Shown here: piece after piece, positions 42,062 to 53,742 of the stretch
How the letters are laid out: each line of letters starts with the position of its first letter
How positions within the stretch are numbered: position 1 is the first letter of the stretch
DNA from: Kondoa subrosea
Lineage: Eukaryota
Length of the DNA: 64,000 nt
Reading direction: 5' to 3'
Assembly: GCA_039545335.1 (NCBI GenBank)
Contig: BCIN01000002.1
Span: 2,634,678 to 2,698,677, forward strand
The notes under the pieces: generated by a model
Told to the model about the DNA's origin: nothing
What the model saw: the letters and a program-made list of their open reading frames with translations, nothing else
Database searches by the model: none
Translations under genes and position numbers: made by a program

Positions 42062-44246
42062 ATGCTCAGAGCTGCTTTGGCGCATCAGGTCGACGAGTTG
42101 CGATCTGGCCAAAACACGCCTTTTGGAGTACCTCACATCTCGCTATCAGAGGCTAGCGAGTCGCCGAAGAGTCACTCTCCCGCTCTCCTCTCTAATGCTT
42201 TCACTTCTTCTTCTTCTTTCGTTCCCGTCACGCCGGACGAGCATGCTGTGTCCAGCGTTATAATATCAGGAGGTGCTTGTGCTCGTTGTTTTGTATGAGG
42301 GAGACTGACAAGGGAATCGCTCCTAGGCTCTGGAGCAAATCGCCTTGTTGACGCTTTCTTAGCTTTATCGACTACCTGCTCTTTCATTCTACCCATATCA
42401 GATAACGGAGGATCCTCGTCTGAGCTCATCAGAGTGATTGGGGGGCCTTCAGGTATGTTTCGGAGTCTGTTTTTTTTTCTTCTTTTCTTATTTGCTCATC
42501 CGTCAATTTTCGCCGAGCAGTTGGCGATATCCGCTCTCGTTTGATTCGACTTATCCCTCAAGCTCCTTATGGAAGTCCTGCAGAACGAATCAAAAATCTT
42601 TTATCGCATCGCCTATCGAGCACAGCATCATCTCAACAAGTCAAAGCTGATTGGCTTGCTATCGTTGAAGGCACCTCGCCGTTATGGCAAGGGATACCGG
42701 CCGAAAGACGAGAAACGTTTGTTTTTAAAATTGTATGGTTGAGGCAAGAGCTCAATGTAATTGCAGCATTAGAGCATTTCTGGTACATCTTGAATCGGAA
42801 TTATTGAAGCGAGCTCGTCCGTGTCTGTGCTTTTGATACCGTCCTATACTGATCTATTTGAATATAATAGAGTAAGTACCGCGTGCAGACGCTCTGCTCA
42901 AGCTTATTGACATGCTTGGAACAAAGCAAGCGCTTCAATTTTCGCAATGGCAGCGTATGTCTGACAGGTCTCTTGATCACGATACGACTACTCATAGCCT
43001 CGCTGCTTGATTACATACAGATAGGCAATTTCTTTCTCTCCGGGGCTATCTCCTTCTTTCGTTCGCTCGAGTCGGCAGTTTTTCTCTTCTCTGCCTTGAC
43101 GGCAATACCCGTAGGTCGTATACGACGAGATAGAAAATATTTATATCGTGCTCACCGTAACATATAGGAAAGAGCTCGAGTTATCCCATGCGTTTTCACC
43201 AAGTCTGTCACTTAAATTTCGCACAACTTAGAACTAATGGAATCGAAAGCTCTGTTGCTACCATTGCTGCGGAACTACAAGATGGTTCTCGTATAATAGG
43301 GCAGAATGATATTTCGCATCCTCAACAAAAGCAATCAAGCGAATCCATAGCTATCTTCGAGGGCCAGCCTATGCTTTTAGTAAGTCCCAGCCGCGAGTTA
43401 AAGCAAATCAGGGCCAACAGTCTACAGGGAGATGACGATGGGCTTGGAATATCCACACCTGGCGAATCGACAGATGAACGGCCAGACGAAGTCTTGTCCA
43501 TGTTGGTAAACAAGATGGATGAGTATACACTTAGATCACCCATCAAGGATATCCATTACATCAACTCTTTTGGCAGACAAGTATGTCAGGTCCATCATGA
43601 TTGATCAGGTTCTGATTGAGTTACAGGTCTTCCCCAAGCCTAATCCAAATTATATAAAGAGCTTGCTGTCATCAAAGCTATTGATCTATTCTTGCGTAAG
43701 CAGTGTTTGATAGTAAATGACTTTTAGCTGAACAAAGGAGTAGGGCTCGCTCTGGACAAGCATCATTCCTTGTTTGGCACTTCGAGGCGTTGGAAGGGCT
43801 GTAAATTTTCAATCTCCTCTTCATTCAAGCCGCTCAAATTGTGTCCAGATTGCAACCTCGCCAACGTTGAAATACAAAGTGCTACTACTCAACAGCTTGC
43901 CAGATCGGGAAACACCTAGCGGAACAAATGGTTTAGACTTTATCACTGCTATTCAGAAGTGCTTGAACAAGAATCTGGAAGTGGAAGATACAAATGCAGC
44001 TGTCCGATTTGCAGCTCATGACTATATGTGAGCTCCATCACGACCTCGGATTAGTAGTTCTTCACTGATTACCCGGCAAGAACGCATGTTATCTATCTTC
44101 GTGGCTCGCGTATTAAAATCGATGACCCGCAAGCAATCGAAGCGCTAGGCATTAGCCTTGTAGAAATTGAAAGTGGGTATGCGGAGAAACCGCTGTTTGA
44201 TGAACAAAATGTGTACGATGCTTTGAAGTGTATATTACAAGAGTGA
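42062..44246 (+). CDS. CofD/UPF0052-family protein (YNL011C-like)
   Basis: IISGGSGAN, LPISDNGGSSSELIRVIGGPSVGDIRSRL, FNFRNGSIGNFFL, IGQNDISHP, YSCGSLWTSIIPCL, LLNSLPDRET. Confidence 0.88.
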
Positions 44247-44444
44247 ACGAATGAATGTTATATGGAAGCAGATACGCGACAATAGGTCGAGCATTGAATT
44301 GCATAACTTCAAGCTTGCATTTTGTTCCCTACAACATCAAGATATTCCCAAACAAACAAGATACGAAAACTTCTTACAACCCTTTTCAAGCCAACCTCAG
44401 GCATCTCCCTCTATGTGTACGCTGTACGCCTTCTTTCCCTCCGT

Positions 44445-45932
44445 CTAAACATGTCCACCGAATCCAATGGGTGAATTCTGGTACGCCTCAAAAGTTTTCC
44501 AACCTTCCTGATCATCTTCCTCATCGCCTTCCATCTCAATACCCGAATAAGCAGCCGAATGTCTTGTTTCGACATGAGAAACGCCTCTTTCCGTTGCAGG
44601 GTAAGCTGAAGAAACTTCACTTCTCACTCTATTGTTGTCCGCATTGACAAAAGGTTGAGGTGGATTTCTTCTTGGGATTGGTTGTTGATGAAAATCAGGT
44701 AAAGAAGCACTTGCAGCTGCTAATCTTCCTTCATAAGAAGTTTTGGTACGTAAAGGAGCTACATCAAAAGGGTTTGCAATGTTTGAAGTGTTTGATTGAG
44801 ATTGTTGAGCAGGAGTGAATTGTGAAGGAAAGTATGGTTCGACTTGAGGTTGAACGCGTAATGTTTCAGGTTGGAAGACTTCTGTGAAGGATTCCAAAGA
44901 ATCTTGACGAGAGATTTGTCTTTTGTGTAAATTGGTTACCCCTTGACTTCTAGGCAGAGAATGAGAATGGGAGTGAGAGTAAGCTTGTTCTTGTTGAGAT
45001 GGACCGCCAGCTGGTCCAGCAGCTGTAGATAAAGGTCTCCTCTCATTCCAGGGAAAGCTCTTTTCTTCTGCTGAAGGTGAAAATTTGTCTGGGTAAAGCA
45101 GTGAATCTCGATCAGATGACTGGCGACGTTTCCAAAGCCAGCATGACAGTGCAATGAGGATCGCTGCGAGAATACCGCCCGCTATCGAACCGCCAATCAT
45201 GGCCGCTTTGTGACCTGTTGAGACTTGACGATTTTCCTCTTCTTTGGCTGTTCGATTTGTGGCATTGGATACTGTAGCTTTCCCAATTGATGATGATGAT
45301 GATGAGAGAAGGCGAGACATAGATAGAGAAGACGAAGGCCTGCTTCGCAAAGAAGCGGAAGAAGAGGGAACGAGAGTCGCAGAGACCGGTCCGTCGGCGA
45401 AGTAGGTAACAGAATCGGCAGCGAGCTGGACAGATATTAGTAAGCACTCAAATAGATGAAGCGAACTTCTCACATATTGACCGCCAGTGTTGGCAATGAC
45501 TACTTGATGATTTCCAGCATCCAGATTTCGCACGGACGCGACCACAACACAAGGGCCTTCCGTCATACTCGGTCCCAATTCCGTACCAGTCCCACTAGCT
45601 ACATTCTTATCCACAGTCCAAGTGAATGTGCCTCGATCAGCTTTCAATCCAGCACAAAAATCGAATCCAGTTCCATTGAATGCAAAAGAAAGTGTTGCTG
45701 CCGGATCATTAGTCCAAGATCTGGTGATAAAACCATCAGCCTGAAGTTTTTACAGCACGCTATGCGATGAAACCTACTGAGTGCCTTGAACGAGATAGTC
45801 AGAGCCAACATCATCGTGCGTCCATTGACCAGAATATGTGATTGAAGGGTCGGCATCATCTAATACTGTACCGTCTTGCGCCAGGCAGAGGACGGCCAAC
45901 AGTGAAAGCAAGACAAAGCGCGTAAAAGTCAT
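44445..45932 (-). CDS. Type I single-pass membrane protein (signal peptide, Ser-rich stalk, TM helix, disordered tail)
   Basis: MTFTRFVLLSLLAVLCLA signal; LDDADPSITYSGQW ectodomain; AMIGGSIAGGILAAILIALSCWLWKRR TM. Confidence 0.8.
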
Positions 45933-46117
45933 CTCAATTTAGAGGAATGTAAGCGATTATTTGCGATTATGTCGTGAGACAGAGGTATAATAACGAGCAG
46001 CACCAGGCTGTGATTGTCTAGACGCGAACGAGAGACTTGAAAAGGGGCGAGATGGTAGAGAAGGGAAGAGCTTATGCGAGTATTTGGAGCCGAACAGTGC
46101 GCGACTCTGAAAATTTA

Positions 46118-46721
46118 ATGGCGTCTGGACTCCCTAATCGTATCAACTCGCTGCTCTTCTGCAATTGTGGGAATCTGCTGGACCTGCCTGGGGATGATGA
46201 ACAAATAATTTGCTCAGATGTATGTCCTCGTTTTTCCATGGCGTCGCATTGCAGCTCAGGCAAGCTATAGTGCGGTGAACAGACTCCTGCATCAGGTCAG
46301 TGCTGGTTCCTGTCATTTCAATCAGGAATGTGTTGATACCGGTGCGATTGACAGCCTATGAAAATCAAGTCATTATTACTCGCTCGCAAGAGAGTGCTTT
46401 TCCCTCTGCTCTGCGCCAGAAAAGATCTCTCGTTCAAGCAAAGAATGTAGACGGCGAAGAAGCAGGCCAAAAGAAAGCTACCATTAATGAAGATTGTCCC
46501 AAATGCAAGCAGAACCCCGTCGAATTTTACACTATGCAGCTGAGATCGGCGGATGAGGGCGCTACTGTCTTCTATGATGTATGTCTTCTCTGACATTTGA
46601 CAAGCAAATGAGCTCAACTTTGCATTACCAGTGCCCTGGTTCGTTACCTTGCAGCAGTGAAATAGTGTTCTCTGACCATCATGGTGTAGCTTGTGGTCAC
46701 ACATGGCGACTCAACAATTGA
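46118..46721 (+). CDS. RPA12: RNA polymerase I subunit Rpa12
   Basis: [56 protein letters not shown] after splicing. Confidence 0.93.
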
Positions 46722-47288
46722 TTACCCTCGAAGCACAAGTCCACCAAAGCATCCACAATTGTTCAAGACTCTTCGACTTACGGTCATCACCCAACACCTC
46801 ATTACCATCCACTTTCGATACCTCTTTCATCTTCATTTGTCTGTAGCTGCAGATCAAAACCCGATATGGAGCTCATACAAAGCGCGCGCCTGTTCTTAAC
46901 GTGAGTTCTCGTCTTCCTGGAACAGAGTCAGTATTGATTGTGATTATTCATTCCCGCTCAGACTTCACATCATTACTCAAGCAGATACTTGCCAAGCGAT
47001 ATACATGCCTTCCGCACAGGTATACATGGTCGCAATCAAGCATCATCATGCATGTATAGCATCATGCATGTACTATACAGTCATTAGCTTGAGGGCGGGC
47101 GCACTATATTGGATTAGAAGACGAGTAATCAACTATATCGCTCAATGCCGTGCCGTACTTCCGCAAAACCGAAAGTCTTACTTCGTAATGCATCTTGCCT
47201 TTCGACCCTGACTTGATATACCATCGGACTCGCTTTTACCCATCAGCTCGTGAGCTATAATCGGCCGCATGCGAGTGCCTGTCAGTGA

Positions 47289-49620
47289 ATGAGCGACCGC
47301 CCTCCTATTTCATCAGATCGCCAGAGTCGTGTTGTGCAAGATCTGGCAGCCCTTTCTCGTTCCCTTACCGCTTCAGTCGATACCTTGAACGCGGCCTTAT
47401 CGAGCAGCAGTACCTTCTCAGCGATTGCTCAATCAAGTCCTGCGCCTGCTCTTTCTTTATCGTCCACGACAGAAGCTGCCTTGGCTTCCGCTTCGGCTCA
47501 GCTGACTCAAGCTTTAGAGCGCATGCGAAGTATTGCGCCGGATACAACCACCAATACAGTCCGAATCCCACAATCGCAAGCTTCAGATCTAGCTCTTCGT
47601 TTGGCAAGCGTTCAAAGTTCTTTACAAGATACAATCAGGCTGGCTTCCTCTGCTTCTCCCAGTATTGCCAATTCATCAGCTCAAGCTAGATCAAGTGGTC
47701 TCTTGGGCATTTCAGGTCGGCCTTCTTCTACTTCCACTTCGAACATTCAAACAAATCAACCTACTATGGCTCAGCCAACTCCTTCAACTTCCTCTTCCGT
47801 CATTTCGAAACCTACTTCTTTCGCTCTACCTACATACCTCAGACATTCTTACTTTCATGATGACCTGATAGCGGGTCCATCTAGCAACAAAGAAGTCTTC
47901 CATTTACCTACACGATGGGATCCTAAAAGATGTTGCGATCGATTGGAAATGTCTTCAGATGGTCTGACAGTATCATTCAAAGGTCAATATATGTCTTCTT
48001 CGATTGAGCGTTACTTTAATTAAATAGTTACGTACAGAAAGCACGGGCGGAAGGAATGGCGAAAATGATGCTGCGGCTGTTAAAGCTGATCAAGCTATTC
48101 CACCTCAAGCTGGAGTATACTACTATGAAGTCACTGTTGTTTCAAAAGGGCAATTAGGATTCATTGGATTAGGTTTCTCGAGTGAGAAAGTAGCTTTGAC
48201 TCGTTTGCCTGGTATATATTTCCTTGCCTTTCTCTTTTATTTGTGTCCTGTGACTAATAGTATGTCATGAATAGGATGGGAGAACAACTCGTATGGCTAC
48301 CACGGTGATGATGGCAACAGCTTCACAGGAAGTGGTGTAGGTCAACATTTCGGTCCTACTTTCACTACGGATGATGTGATTGGTTGTGGAATCGACTGGA
48401 CTCTCAAGAAGGCTTTCTTCACCAAGAACGGAGTGCTTATAGGTGCGCGGAATTAATTTGATGCGTTAAGTGTGCCCAGGAGTAACTCCATCGTACAGGC
48501 TTCTGCTTCACGGATCTCAAAAGCCCTCTGTACCCTTCCGTCGGATTGAGAACACCTGGAGAGGTAGTCAAAGTCAATTTCGGCGCAACGGAATTCCGGT
48601 TCGATATCGATCATTTCGTTTCTGTTCAAAAAGCGCAAAGCACATCCCGGATTCTAGAACGACCTATTCCTGCTTCTTATCTCAACAGCGAAGATGAAGC
48701 TTCAAGTCTGGCCAACGCTTCTCTCGCTGCATTGGCTATTGTAGAAGGCGAACCTACACCTATAACACATCAAGATACTTCTTCTACTTTGTGCCAAATC
48801 ATCGCTTCCTACCTCGCTCACCATGGTTATATCGATACTTCTCTCGCTTTCTTGGAAGAGACCCGTAATCGTCAATCTGCTTTTGCAGATATAACAACTT
48901 CTTTCCCCGCTTCGGTGACGACGTCAATAGAAACTGACTTTATGATCTCGAGGCAAAGGATACTGGAACTCATCAGGGCTGGTCAAGCTTTATCAGCACT
49001 AGAAGGCATCAAAAAGGACTTTCCCTCCGTTTTGGAGAACCAATCAAAAGATGAGAACTCCTTAGCTTTCCTGTTACAATGTCGAGCTTTTGTGGAAGTG
49101 GTTTTGAAAATGATGGCAATAGTTTTACCTGCTGAAGAAGAAAGGAAAGCTAGAGAAATGGAAGTAGAAGAAAAGAATCTTTCGTACTATTTGAATAAAG
49201 GAAAAGGTAAAGCTGTGGAAGTTGAAGAAGCTGAAGAAAAGTTCTTGGATGAAGCTGTTGCCATGTCAAGAGATTTGTATGAAGAATACGGCAAACATTC
49301 TTCTGCTGCTAAAGAGAAGATTTTTGATTTGACTAGTCTTCTCGCATACACAGATCCAAGAGAAGCTTTAACAAACGATGCGTACAAGCTAGTCTTGGAC
49401 CCGGAGAAGCAGAGGGAGGAATTAGCGGCGAAAATCAATGTTGCTCTGCTTGGTATGATTGGCTTCGTCTCTGTGACAATTCGAAATGACAGTATTAACA
49501 GTATCGCAAGGCTATGGAGAAAAGCCACCTCTACAGCTTATGCGTGAGCAATCATTGGCTGCCGCTAGCATGGTTGGAGTTCTCGGATCGGGAGAGACGG
49601 CTTTTTATGGCGAGCTTTGA
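47289..49620 (+). CDS. SPRY-LisH-CTLH-CRA protein (RanBP9/10, Gid1-like)
   Basis: LPTRWD, IPPQAGVYYYEV, LPGWENNSYGYHGDDG, FGPTFTTDDVIGCG, IASYLAHHGY, SLLAYTDP, REELAAKINVALL. Confidence 0.9.
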
Positions 49621-49732
49621 GTGGCCTGTATTTCATAAGACATGTATAGCATATCATGAGTCGGTTTGAGAAGTATATATAACATGCGAATCCGCTTCGA
49701 CACCAGCATATCTCTTTGATTACATAACGACG

Positions 49733-50967
49733 ATGAAAGGACAGAAAGTGATCATCTCAGGAGCCTCAGGTCAGCTGAGCACCTCTAGCACACTTATTCA
49801 GAGCTCATACCTGCAACAGGCCTTCTGGGTCGAGCTGTTTGCAAACATTTTAAGGCGCAAGGGTGCGAAGGTAAGCAATGGTTGGGCGCTCCGCTGAACG
49901 ACACCAAACTCATCTGGACTAGTCAAGGGTCTGGCTCACTCAAGAGTACAAGGCGATCTAGTCAAGCTGGACTTACATGACGAGCAGGCTGTAGAAGATC
50001 TCGTTTCTGCGTTTGCTCCAGATGGTCAGTATACTCTGCGTATCGTTGGCAGTATTCATACTCCTGCTCTTTCTGTGCTGCAGTCTTTGTACATTGCGCT
50101 GCGGAAAGAAGACCAGACGTCGCAGAAGCGGTAAGTCAAGAGAAGCTGTGTACACAAGCTCTATCGAAATATGAGATACAGGATCCCGAAGCAGCAAGAC
50201 GACTGAACGTCAAAGTCCCTGAGACATTGGCTAAATTATCCAGATCGAAAGGTTTCACTTTGATCTACATTTCAACAGATTATGTCTTCGATGGTCATGC
50301 ACCAGAAGGTGGTTACGAACCTGACGCAAAGACCAATCCTTTACAATTGTATGGCGAAACGAAACTGGCTGGCGAAAAAGCAATTATCGAGAACGCTGAT
50401 TCAACTACTTCTTACATTCTTCGAGTACCAGTTCTGTACGGAGAAGCAGAAGAGAACAAAGAGTCTGCTATAAACATCCTTCTTGATGCAGCTCAAGGTA
50501 GCAAACCTGCCAAGATGGATAACTATGCTACACGTCAGTATCAAGTTCAGATCCATTTGACAAGATCTAATTGTTGAGCAGGCTACCCAACGTACATTGG
50601 AGATGTAGCGAAAGTTCTCTACTCTATAACGCTCGGAGGCACCCATGGAAAGATTCCTCAAATTATCCATTTCTCGTCGCAAACCCTGTTTACCAAGTAC
50701 AAGATCGCTATGATCTTCGCTAACTTGTCCGGCAATAATGGAGAGCATTTGATTGCTCAAAATGATGCGCCGGGTCCTGAAGAAACGGTTAGTACCAAGG
50801 TGTTTCTCCCACAGAACGCTGATCACGATGAAATCCAACAGCCTCGTCCTCGCGATTGTCATTTGGCCAACACCGCTTTGAAACAAGCGGGAGTCGACAT
50901 ATCGACCGTGGACTTTGAGAAGTGGTGGAAACTTTACTTAACTTCAAAATCTGCTGGTCAACAGTAG
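49733..50967 (+). CDS. RmlD-like NAD(P)-binding protein (MAT II beta-like)
   Basis: IISGASGLLGRAV, HCAAERRPD, IYISTDYVFDG, PLQLYGETK, LRVPVLYG, RPRDCHL. Confidence 0.9.
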
Positions 50968-51681
50968 AAGAAACCGAGATCAGATCATGTCTTTATTCGC
51001 CTTCTTGGTCCTCACTGCTCGTTAGATTCCTTTCAGAAGCGTGTTTGATTGCGCCCCGTACAGCAGAGATTCCTCTAGCTGCATTGCTCATGGAAAGCAG
51101 TTGATTCGTACTCAATCTTTGGCTTCCCTCACGCGCATTCCTGCTATCACACTCAGGCGTAAAAAGACTGCCTCTGTCGATGTTCAGCAATGCTGTAATC
51201 TGTGCAACATCAATGGCTCGACAATTCATCCGCTTACATCCGCCATCACTGCTATGGTCTTAATTCCTGCTGGCAGCTGTTTTTCTTGCATTCCGACTTG
51301 TATCTCTGCTCAGTACGTTGGCACTCTTGCCAACGTATTGTCGGGACCGAGCGACGTTCCTACAAAATGCCGATTTGTCTCACCTCCCAATCCTCAAACA
51401 CAGCCTGAATCGAATGCTTTCATTGCTTTGTTGCAGTGACGCAACTCTGCTGTAGTATTTATGAACTTCAAGGCGACGCTTCGGATGCGTCCATCGTGAA
51501 CGGAATGCCTCTTCTTTTGTTCTGTCCGGACAAGCGGCCAGCTTCTATAGCTACGGGCAAGCGGCCTACTTCTCTACTTTACACACAAGAATGGCTGTGT
51601 GCTCCCAGTGTTCTGCTGGCAACGAGTGCATTGAAATTTCCAGCTCAAAGCAACTGTTGTCGCGTCCAGAAGTACAGCCAG

Positions 51682-53501
51682 ATGCGGTTCAATATGAAGC
51701 TGTACTTCTTGTTGTCATCAATCAGACTACTAGTTGCTATATATGGGACAAGCTATATTTTCCCGTGAGCTTAACACTTTTCGAAACACTCACTGCACAG
51801 ATGCTTACTGGAGTTTTGTAGAGATGAGCATTTCCAAGCAGGAGAGGTATTGGCCAGCGATATGTTCACGTTCGAAAGAGTGAATCCTGTCAAGACATGG
51901 GAATGGCAGAGTAATACTTCGAGCGGGCCAGTGCGAAGCATACTTCCGCTCTATCTGAGCTCTTTCATGCCATTGCTTCGATTAGTCGGTGGTCGTAAGT
52001 CTTTCTTGATTCTTTCTCACTGTTGCTCTGATTCTCAATGTCTTCTATAGCTACAATATCTGCTAGACATCTGGTGTTATCGCAGAGGCTGGCTAGCTGG
52101 TCAATTTGCGAAATGATAGGTAAATTTGATGTCAATCTGAGTGTTTGTGGTCTCAACATTATCTGAAAGGCCTTATTCTATTGGCTATTACGCAGAAATC
52201 CAGACACAGAAGGGCCTCCGAAGCAGTATGGTACTTCTCAACATCAGCCGTGGCATTCTCCTTTCTTTTGCGCCCATTCTCGACAACTCCCGAAACATTG
52301 TACCTCGCGTACCTGTTCTTTCTGCTGTATTCAACGTTAGTAAGCGAAGGAAACCATTCTGTTCGCCATTGGCACCGTGTCTGCTATGGGAATCTTCGCA
52401 AGGCCTACCTTCCTCGCTTTCGCTTTGGGACCGGCTTCACATCTTCTTGTGATCTTTTGAAGTATGCGCATCCAATTCGCTCAATCGTCAGCCTCTTTGC
52501 TGGATTCAGTCTGGCAGCTTGCTTTTTCATTATAAGCGATTCCTTCTATTTCGGTCAGATATCTCTCGCGCCCTGGAGCTTTATGATACACAACTTGCAA
52601 TCGTCGAACCTTCAGCAGCATGGACTTCATCCACGTTGGCTACATCTCGCGGTCAATTTTCCGCTTGTCTTTGGTCCAGGCCTAGTGGTGGTTTTACGAT
52701 CTCTGAATATCGTACTATCACGAAAGGATGCCGCTATACTCGAAGACAGTGAGGCCTTCGTCTGGTTTGTGATGATTAGCGTTGATCCCGTGTGCGAAAG
52801 TTTCAGCGAAGTCTGTCTTATCTGGATTGGCTATCTTATCTGCTGTTCCTCATCAAGAGCCTCGCTTTCTAGTACCTCTGCTGGTTCCCGTTGTGTTTCT
52901 CTTACCAGGCACGTTCAACAACGCGAGACGTGCCCGGCCAGTCTTCAAGGTGACTTCGCTGTTTTCTTTGCTTACATGAAAAGTTGACCAATAGCAGATA
53001 GTATGGATCATCCATGCCTGCCTCGTCTGCATCTTCTATAGCTTCTTACACCAAGGCGGCTCACTCCCTGCTTCACTTCAACTCAACAAGTATCTTGCTT
53101 TTCTACCGGCTGAACAATATCCAGCCAACATCCTCTTTTGGCGCACTTTTGAGCATCCTACACGTAGGTCACTTGCTTCTTGGATCGCCTATCACTGATA
53201 TATTGACGCAACAGATCTCGTCATGCCCACAAGTACCCTTCGGCAACAGTATAACGTTACTAAAGTCTTCAATTTACCCTCTGAACATCTGGGAAGCAGT
53301 CTGACCACTTACCGAGGTCAAGAAACGTATTTACTAGGTCCAGCTTACATGATACCGCCTGAGATCAGGGAGCAGCTTGAGCCTATTCTCGATAAGAACT
53401 CCTACGGCGTTCATGTCAATACTGATCATATCGGTGAATTGCTCAGTGCTCGATGGGAAGAGTTGGGAGTTGGCCTTTGGAAAGTATTGGCAAAAGCGTG
53501 A
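51682..53501 (+). CDS. SMP3: GPI mannosyltransferase 4 (Smp3/PIG-Z)
   Basis: SYIFPDEHFQ, KTWEW..PVRS, NLQQHGLHPRWLHLAVN, HQEPRFLVPL, FLHQGGSLP. Confidence 0.88.
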
Positions 53502-53742
53502 ATTGAAGAGCGCAAACAGGATGTATGCGTTGCAAAGCAAGGACTCGGGTGAGCTCTCGGTACACAGGTGAACAGTCCCTGATTAGCTAAAAGATAAAGC
53601 AGATAATTAAGATGGTTGCTTCTCGCTGGAGATGATGCAGGTACAAGAAAGGGCGTTTCGCAATCCAGTTCAGTTATTGCATCTGTATGATGGAGCGACT
53701 GGTACTGTCGTGTCATTAATGTACATTTCCGACGGCACACCA

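Noticed and set aside
51314..51337. Perfect 10-bp hairpin TACGTTGGCA-CTCT-TGCCAACGTA, and a Cys-rich ORF at 51041-51439
   Set aside because: An isolated short inverted repeat is plausible by chance; no convincing gene model on either strand
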